A stretch of 64,000 nt of DNA, taken from Armatimonadota bacterium. Lineage in GTDB: Bacteria; Armatimonadota; SYMT01. Below the pieces are notes generated by a model, which saw only the letters and a list, made by a program, of their open reading frames with translations, did no database searches and had not been told where the DNA came from. The position numbers and the translations under genes are program-made. Each line of letters begins with the position of its first letter. The stretch's first letter is position 1. Of the stretch, positions 58,301 through 64,000 are shown in pieces. The stretch lies in the NCBI GenBank assembly GCA_046292385.1, contig JBKBRF010000006.1, positions 32,001 through 96,000 of the forward strand, read 5' to 3'.

Positions 58301-59958
58301 CCCCCTTCGCCGCCATCGACGAGGAAGACGCCGTAGAGCCCGCGGTCCGGTATGGCGCCGCCGTTGGTGATGACGACCCGCTTCGCCCCCTCGCGAGAGG
58401 TGAGCGTTCCCGCCAGGCGGTCCCACGTGAGGCGGGGGCGCAGCTCCGCGAACTCGTCCGACGGGTAGCGGCCGGAGAGCATGTCGAGCACGCCTTCCAG
58501 CGCGGTGGGGGAGAGCTCCGCGTACGGGGCCGCGCGCCGGACGACGGCGGCGAGCTCTTCCACCCGCCAGTCGTCCATCGAGACCATCGCCACGATCTGC
58601 TGCGCCAGCACGTCGAGCGGGTTGCGCGGGTAGCGGAGCGGCTCCACCTGCCCCTCCCGCATCCGGGCGGTGAGCGCCGCGCAGGCGAGCAGGTCGCCGC
58701 GGAACTTCGGCAGGATGATCCCCTTGCTCGGCACCCCGATCTGGTGCCCGGCCCGGCCGATCCGCTGCAGCCCGCTCGCCACGCTCGGCGGCGCCTCCAC
58801 CTGGACCACCAGGTCGATGGCGCCCATGTCGATCCCCAGCTCCAGCGTGGAGGTGGCGACGAGCGCCGGCAGCCGCCCCGCCTTGAGGTCGTCCTCGATC
58901 TGCTGCCGCTGCTCCCGCGCGATCGAGCCGTGGTGCGCGCGGACCAGCTCCTCGCCGGCCAGCTCGTTCAGCGCCGCCGCCATCCGCTCCGCCAGGCGCC
59001 GGCTGTTCACGAAGATCAGCGTGGAGGTGTGGCGGCGAATCAGGTCGAGCAGCAGCGGGTGCATCGCGGGCCAGATGCTGGTCCGCTTCTCCGCCTGCGC
59101 CGCGGGACCGCTCGGGATCTCCTCCACCTGACCCAGCTTCGCCATGTCCTCCACGGCGACTTCGACCGTGAGATCCAACTCCTTCCGCTGGCCCGCGTCG
59201 GCAATCGCCACGGGACGGGGACGGCGCTCGTCGGCGTCCGGCGAGGAGAAGAAGCCGCCGAGGAAGCGCTGTGCCTCCTCCACAGGCCGCACGGTCGCCG
59301 AGAGTCCGATCCGCTGCAGCGGGAACTGGGTTAGCTCCTCCAGCCGCTCCAGAGAGAGCGAGAGGTGCGTGCCCCGCTTGCCGCCGACCATCGTGTGGAT
59401 CTCGTCCACGATCACCCAGCGGACGCTCCGCAGCGACTCCCGGGCGTTACTGGTGAGGAGCAGGAAGAGCGACTCGGGCGTGGTGATCAGGATGTCGTCC
59501 GGATTCCGCGCGAAGCGGGCACGGTCGCGCGAGGGGGTGTCCCCCGTGCGGATGGCGACCTCCGGCGTATGGAACGGGTGGCCCATCCGCTCCGCGTATC
59601 GGGAGACCCCCACCAGCGGCGCGCGCAGGTTCCGCTCCACGTCGACCGCCAGCGCCTTGAGCGGGGAGACGTAGAGCACCCGGCACCGCTCTTGCTTCGC
59701 CGGCACCGGCTCGAACATGAGGCGATCGATAGCGGAGAGGAACGCCGCCAGCGTCTTACCGGAGCCGGTCGGCGCGAGGAGCAGGGTCGACTGCCCGGAG
59801 GCGATCAGCGGCCACGCCAGCTCCTGGGCACGGGTCGGCGCCGCGAACGAGGCGTTGAACCACGCCCGCACCGGCTCGTGGAACAGCGACAGCACCGAGC
59901 CATCCGCCGCGCCGCCCGCCCTCGCGCCCCGCCTGCCCTTCACCGCCGCCTGTTCCAT
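55390..59958 (-). CDS. lhr: Lhr SF2 DNA helicase, long form with C-terminal domain
   Basis: APTGSGKT, SPLKAL, TTPESL, DEIH, SAT, HHGS, LELGID, QRIGRAGH and a C-terminal DPANPYG. Start at the ATG at 59958. Confidence 0.95.
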   Translation of the reverse strand: MEQAAVKGRRGARAGGAADGSVLSLFHEPVRAWFNASFAAPTRAQELAWPLIASGQSTLLLAPTGSGKTLAAFLSAIDRLMFEPVPAKQERCRVLYVSPLKALAVDVERNLRAPLVGVSRYAERMGHPFHTPEVAIRTGDTPSRDRARFARNPDDILITTPESLFLLLTSNARESLRSVRWVIVDEIHTMVGGKRGTHLSLSLERLEELTQFPLQRIGLSATVRPVEEAQRFLGGFFSSPDADERRPRPVAIADAGQRKELDLTVEVAVEDMAKLGQVEEIPSGPAAQAEKRTSIWPAMHPLLLDLIRRHTSTLIFVNSRRLAERMAAALNELAGEELVRAHHGSIAREQRQQIEDDLKAGRLPALVATSTLELGIDMGAIDLVVQVEAPPSVASGLQRIGRAGHQIGVPSKGIILPKFRGDLLACAALTARMREGQVEPLRYPRNPLDVLAQQIVAMVSMDDWRVEELAAVVRRAAPYAELSPTALEGVLDMLSGRYPSDEFAELRPRLTWDRLAGTLTSREGAKRVVITNGGAIPDRGLYGVFLVDGGEGGGRGPSRRVGELDEEMVLETRPGETFVLGATTWRVEEITHDRVLVSPAPGQPGKMPFWHGETAGRPLEFGRAIGALCRTVRGMAPEEAVRFLAETHSLTPAAATNLLAYLEAQAEATGSVPDDRTIVVERYLDELGDWRVCILSPFGGKVHSAWAMAIGAMFRERTEQELDLIWTDDGIVARFAEAEEPPPVEAVIPDPEELEELVIRQLSVGGGGAREASGSAVVNALFASRFREAAMRALLLPRRYPGQRAPLWQQRKRAADLLNVAARYRSFPIVLETYRECLRDVFDLPALTELLRDIRRRAVRVVPVTTRSPSPFAASLMFNYVANFMYEGDAPLAERRAQALTVDPSQLRELLGEVELRELLDPDVLAELELQLQHLTPERRVRHADGLHDLLLRLGDLSFEELEHRSAREEVTVAEVLTQLERQRRVVRLPVGGEERYIAAEDAARYRDALGIPPPPGLPVAFLEPVDDPVGDLVARYARTHGPFTVHEVALRLGTGEGPVLTALQRMESAGRVVQGELRPGGTGREWCDAGVLRTLRQRSLARLRREVEPVEQSALGRLYLAWQGIGARRRGPEALLEVIEQLQGTSIPASDLETRVLPARLERYDSHELDMLTASGTVLWVGAGSLGERDGRLGLYLTEHAPLLLPARTDAPDHELHHLIREHLRTRGASFFAQLLQACGGKFQPEVTAALWDLVWAGEVTNDTLQPLRAYGSPRRRLERRTYGRLGLRPRALLPPEVSGRWSLVESLLFGSPSTTERLAAAARQLLERHGVLTREAVHAEGTPGGFTSVYPVLRRMEESGHLRRGYFVSGRGGTQFALPGALDRLRTLRDPEEEPQTVLLAATDPANPYGAALPWPEREEGRRPARAAGALVVLVDGALAAWMGRAERQLLTFFEGLPDREPAQVAAEIAGALANLVETGARRAVFIKEVDGRPAQETPLAPALREAGFTFGIHGFMRRA

Positions 59959-60125
59959 GCACCCACTCCCGTCCGCCCTGGCCGCAGAACTTAGTTTGAC
60001 TACATTACCCAGGACCGGGAAACCAACGTGGCGAAAGTGGCACGCGAATCGCCGTGCCGGCAAGCAATCGACCCGCCCGCGTGCTACGATTCATCTGGGA
60101 CTCACGGGAGGTCCGGAATCCGCCT

Positions 60126-60992
60126 ATGCCGCTGCGAAAGCCAACCGAGACCGGTCTTGAAGACTGCCCGCTGGCGGCGACGCAGTGGAGCGACCGCGGC
60201 CCGCGCGTGCTGCTGCTGCACGCGATCGGGTTCGACCGCCACACCTGGATGCCGGTGCTGCCGTCGCTGGAGGGGTACAGCGTGGTCGGCGTCGACCTCC
60301 CCGGCCACGGGGAGAGCGGCAAGCCGCCGGACGCGGACTACGGCCTGATCTCCCTCGGCAGCCGGATCGTGCGGTTCCTCGACGAGCTGGAGTGGGAGGA
60401 CGCGGTGCTGGTGGGGAACAGCCTCGGCGGCGGGACGGCGCTGGCCGCCGCGCTGCTGGCTCCGCATCGGGTGCGAGGACTGGCACTGCTCGGATCGGTC
60501 GGCATGCGGGGAGGGCTGCCGGCGGTCGGCCGCCTTGCCATGCTCCCGCTCGTCTCCCAGCTCGGAGGCCTGGCGCCGCTCCTGGCGATCCGCCTGGGGC
60601 TCCAGTACGCGCGCGCCCGGCGCAGCAGCCTTACGGCCGAGCGGTGCATCTCCTGCCAGGGCTACCTCGGCTCGGTCGACGGTCGGATCGCCTTCTTCCG
60701 CACCTTGCGCCAGCTCTATGGGCACGACATGGAGCGGATGATGCGCCACTACCACGAGATCCGCTGCCCCACCGCCGTCCTGCAGGGCGACCGCGACCCC
60801 CTCATCCGGCCCACCCATGCCCAGCGGCTGGTCCAGGCGATCCCCGGCGCAGAGCTGATCCACCTGCACCACTGCGGTCACTTCCCGCAAGAAGAATGCC
60901 CCGAGGAGACCGGCAACGCACTGCGAGGCTTCCTGAACCGGATTCACGCTGCGGCCCCGGCAGGAGGTGTAAGAAAGGAGATGAGGGGATGA
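60126..60992 (+). CDS. Alpha/beta fold hydrolase
   Basis: LLHAIG, DLPGHG, GNSLGG, GDRD and GHFPQEE. Confidence 0.9.
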   Translation: MPLRKPTETGLEDCPLAATQWSDRGPRVLLLHAIGFDRHTWMPVLPSLEGYSVVGVDLPGHGESGKPPDADYGLISLGSRIVRFLDELEWEDAVLVGNSLGGGTALAAALLAPHRVRGLALLGSVGMRGGLPAVGRLAMLPLVSQLGGLAPLLAIRLGLQYARARRSSLTAERCISCQGYLGSVDGRIAFFRTLRQLYGHDMERMMRHYHEIRCPTAVLQGDRDPLIRPTHAQRLVQAIPGAELIHLHHCGHFPQEECPEETGNALRGFLNRIHAAAPAGGVRKEMRG

Positions 60993-61170
60993 AACTGGGG
61001 ATATGGGGATGGGCAGCCAAACGGGCTTGGCTCCTACTCATAAGCCTACTCCAGTTCGGCTGGCCTCTGGAGAAAGAGAACGAGAAAGAGAATGAGAAGG
61101 AGCTGGGTTCGGAAGGTTCCCATCCCCCTCATCCCCGTTCCCCGTCCCCCCATCTCCTGAAAACGTTCGG
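60967..61170. repeat. Hybrid MITE-like GGGGAT element
   Basis: The left end GTGTAAGAAAGGAGATG matches 29894. The right end CATCTCCTGAAAACGTTCGG matches 55031/55383. Confidence 0.7.
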
Positions 61171-61185
61171 CCCCCCTGACGTGCC

Positions 61186-62151
61186 ATGAACTCATCCACT
61201 TTTGACGTCTTCGCGCTGGGCGAGACGATGATCCGGTTTACCCCGCGCGGGTTCACGCGCCTGGAAGAGGCGAGCGAGCTGGAGCTGCGTATCGGCGGCA
61301 GCGAGTCGAACGTCCTGGCGGCGCTCGCCCGGCTCGGCCTGCGCACCGCCTGGGGTAGCAAGCTCCCCCGCAGTCCGCTGGGGATGCTGGTGGCGCGGCG
61401 GCTGATGAGCTTCGGGATCGACGTCAGCGCGGTGAGCTGGGTCGACGACGCGCGGATGGGCCTCTACTTCATCGAGCCGGGGGCCGCGCCGCGCTCCTCG
61501 ACGGTGCTGTACGACCGCGCCGGCTCCGCCGCGAGCACGCTGACGCCGGACGACCTCGACTGGAGCGTCCTCGCGCGCTCCCGCCACCTGCACCTGACCG
61601 GCATCACGCCGGCGCTCGGGCCGGGACCGACGGAGACGGTGGCGCACGCCATCTACCAGGCGCGGAGCCAGGGGAAGACCGTCTCGTTCGACGTGAACCA
61701 CCGCGCGCGGCTCTGGTCGGCCACCACGGCCGAGGTGACGCTCCGGCCGCTGATCCGGGACCTCGACCTCCTGATCTGCCCGCTGAGCGACGCGGCCACG
61801 GTGTTCGGAATTGAGGGCGAGCCGGAGCAAGTGGCGCGAGGCCTGGGCGAGCTCACCTCCGCGCCGCTGGTCGCGCTCACCCTCGGCGGGGGCGGCGCGC
61901 TGCTGTGGGATCGGGAGCGCTTCCACCGCGCGGAGCCGTTCGCCGTCCAGGCGATCGACCGGGTGGGAGCGGGGGACGCCTTCGACGCCGGCCTGATCTG
62001 GGGCTTCCTGGCCGGCGACCCGGTGCGCGGGCTGCAGTACGGCATGGCGATGGCCGCCCTCAAGCACACCATGCCCGGCGACGAGTGCATCTCCTCACTC
62101 GCCGAGATCGAAGCGCTCCTGAGCGCCGGCCACCGCGACATCCAGCGGTGA
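61186..62151 (+). CDS. PfkB family sugar kinase (KdgK-like)
   Basis: GE.M, GGSESN, YDR..SA, TGITPA, FDVN.R..LW and DRVGAGDAF. Confidence 0.9.
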   Translation: MNSSTFDVFALGETMIRFTPRGFTRLEEASELELRIGGSESNVLAALARLGLRTAWGSKLPRSPLGMLVARRLMSFGIDVSAVSWVDDARMGLYFIEPGAAPRSSTVLYDRAGSAASTLTPDDLDWSVLARSRHLHLTGITPALGPGPTETVAHAIYQARSQGKTVSFDVNHRARLWSATTAEVTLRPLIRDLDLLICPLSDAATVFGIEGEPEQVARGLGELTSAPLVALTLGGGGALLWDRERFHRAEPFAVQAIDRVGAGDAFDAGLIWGFLAGDPVRGLQYGMAMAALKHTMPGDECISSLAEIEALLSAGHRDIQR

Positions 62152-62162
62152 TTTGAGCGTCC

Positions 62163-62257
62163 GCTTTGCCCCGGAGTGAAGGAAACGCCGGCGGCGTCGG
62201 CTTTGCCCCGGAGTGAACTCCGGGGCTACATAGAGCGAAGCCCGCCTGCGCGGGCTG
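62163..62257. repeat. REP unit with duplicated arm
   Basis: GCTTTGCCCCGGAGTGAA occurs twice, then CCCCGGAGTGAACTCCGGGGCTAC (GTAG plus palindrome on the minus strand) and AGCCCGCCTGCGCGGGCT. Confidence 0.75.
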
Positions 62258-62308
62258 AGCGGGCGGAAGGTTCGGGAATTCATCCCTCATCCTTCCGCCC
62301 TCATCCCT

Positions 62309-63340
62309 CTACCGAAGTCCCATCAGGTGCTTCACGATGAGCAGCTCGAGCGCTTCGTAGTCGCGGCGCGCGCGCAGGTCCTGCACCTCGGCGGGGTCGA
62401 CCTTTCGGGCCACTTCCACGAGCTGCAGGAAGATCTCCCGGCTGTTCTCCAGGTGGCGCCACGCGGACTCGAACGGCTGGGTGCGCATCACCTTCACGTC
62501 GAGGCCCACGTACTCGCCGTTCTGGCCGTAGCCGGCCTGCTCCAGCACCCAGACCTGATTGAACGCGCGGCGCAGATCGACCGTTCCGAACACCTTGTCC
62601 TGGTCGTACTTCAGGCCGTTCTGGTCGTTCAGGTGCACGCTCCAGAGCTTGTTGTGCCAGAGGGCGTAGGCCATCTCGTCGCTCGGGTCGAGGCCGGCGA
62701 GGATGGCGTGCGCACTCTCGATCAGGACGCCGGACCGGCTGGGATCGGCGGTCTTGTAGCAGAGCGCCAGGAAGTGGCCGGTGGTGGGGAGGTACATCAG
62801 GTCCATCGGCTCGTTCGGCTTCATCTCGCCGAGGATCCGGATCTCCTTATCGTACTCCAGCAGCGCGTTCGCGTACTCCAGCATGTAGTCGAAGCTCGCC
62901 TGGGCGTCCTTGCTCTCGCGGATGTAGGTCCCTTCCCGGGCCGGCCACCAGACGATGTCCTTCGTGCCGATCATCCGCGCGATGTCGACCGCCCGCTTGG
63001 AGCGGTCGAGGGCGTAGCGGCGCTCCTCCGCGTTGTTGGAAGTGACCGGACCGTCGACCGTCCGCGGGTCCTCCCAGAGGCGGGGCGCCACGAACTCCGC
63101 GGCGAGACCGCGGTCGTCGAGCATCTTCTTCACCTCGCCGACCGCGGCCTCCATCTGGTCGGCGGGGAGGTCGGCGGGGATGATGTCGTCATCGTGGAAC
63201 TGGATCGCCTGGAAGCCGAGCTTTACGGCCAGGTCCAGCTTCTCCTGGAACGGGCGGCTCGCGCGGACGGTGGGGCCGAACGGATCGGCGCCTTCGCTCA
63301 GGTTCCAGGGTCCAAAGGAAAATCGGTATTGCGTTGCCAT
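62309..63340 (-). CDS. xylA: Xylose isomerase (class I-like TIM barrel)
   Basis: FSFGPW..G.DPFG, FHDDD, REG, EMKPNEP and HLNDQNGLKYDQD. Start at the ATG at 63340. Confidence 0.78.
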   Translation of the reverse strand: MATQYRFSFGPWNLSEGADPFGPTVRASRPFQEKLDLAVKLGFQAIQFHDDDIIPADLPADQMEAAVGEVKKMLDDRGLAAEFVAPRLWEDPRTVDGPVTSNNAEERRYALDRSKRAVDIARMIGTKDIVWWPAREGTYIRESKDAQASFDYMLEYANALLEYDKEIRILGEMKPNEPMDLMYLPTTGHFLALCYKTADPSRSGVLIESAHAILAGLDPSDEMAYALWHNKLWSVHLNDQNGLKYDQDKVFGTVDLRRAFNQVWVLEQAGYGQNGEYVGLDVKVMRTQPFESAWRHLENSREIFLQLVEVARKVDPAEVQDLRARRDYEALELLIVKHLMGLR

Positions 63341-63462
63341 CGAGGAGAGCTCCAAACCGGCGCGCTGCCTCACACCAGCGAGAGGCGGAAGCGCCCGGGG
63401 GCCTGCGCGGCCCACATTAGATAAGCCGGGAGCCTGCCCGAACCCTCCCCCTTGGGAAGGCA

Positions 63463-63570
63463 AAAGGCCCTTAAAGGCTAAAGGCCCTTAAAGGCTAGAG
63501 GCAGAAGGCTAAAGTCCGAACCGTCCGTGCACGGGCGGCCCTGCTCCTGCTCCTACTCCTGCTCTTGCTC
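63463..63570 (+). repeat. 17-bp tandem duplication plus heptamer repeat element
   Basis: AAAGGCCCTTAAAGGCT x2 (63463-63496), then similarity to the reverse complement of 36041-36108 and CTCCTG hexamers. Confidence 0.6.
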
Positions 63571-63661
63571 GCTGGCGACCCTGGGGTTCCGGCATGTCCT
63601 CGATGGCCCGTGCTTCGCCTCGACCCTGGTTAGAACCCTACGCAGACGGATGAACGCCCGC

Positions 63662-64000
63662 TCACTCGGCCGGGTAGCGGAAGTGGTGGGTGATGGTCCA
63701 GGCTTCCAGGCAGTCTTCCTGGCGGGTGCCGCCGAGGTTGTGGATCACGAGCGGGAGGCCTTCCGCGCTCCGGACGTCCGAGAGCACCCCGCAGTGGCCC
63801 ATGCCGTTGGGCAGGTCCCAGTAGACCAGGTCGCCGGGCTGCCAGCTCTGCCTCGCCTCCCCGTCGGTGCGGGTGGGGAGGGCGCGGCCGAAGCGCTTCA
63901 GGAAGGTGATCTGGTTCGGCGTGCGGCGGTGGTCGATGTTCCGATCCGGGGCGCGCAGGCCGTACCGCTGCGGGTACTCGGCGAAGCGCCGCCGCATGTC
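63662..64000 (-). CDS. DUF1287 (YijF-like) protein, 5' end truncated by window edge
   Basis: PDRNIDHRRTPN, WQPGDLVYW..GHCG, IHNLG and HFRY. Confidence 0.85.
   Translation of the reverse strand, partial: DMRRRFAEYPQRYGLRAPDRNIDHRRTPNQITFLKRFGRALPTRTDGEARQSWQPGDLVYWDLPNGMGHCGVLSDVRSAEGLPLVIHNLGGTRQEDCLEAWTITHHFRYPAE

Overview
High-GC bacterial chromosomal window. It is probably a diderm such as Armatimonadota; this is inferred from TolC, DUF1501/DUF1549-1553, Uma2 and the REP-rich spacers. It contains sugar catabolism genes (xylB, xylA-like, PfkB, glycerate kinase), a MacAB-TolC-type exporter and a complete nuoA-N operon with a Uma2 nuclease inserted between nuoE and nuoF. It also has yajQ, a type III PKS plus ACP, a DUF1501 + DUF1549/1553 pair, c-type cytochromes, a large Fe-S nuclease/SF1 helicase, S9 and S8 peptidases, and nei and lhr. 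The most notable element is a complete 1.3-kb IS110 element (41993-43295, minus strand) inserted at a CT core inside a REP palindrome. Its circle-junction promoter and a bridge-RNA-like non-coding RNA can be read directly from the sequence, and the RNA's loop guides match the reconstructed target and donor sites. Its recombinase has an atypical DEDA tetrad instead of DEDD. Intergenic DNA holds several REP/MITE-like repeat families, a 6S-like hairpin RNA candidate, and a Rex/CRP-like box upstream of nuoA. No CRISPR array, tRNA or rRNA was seen.
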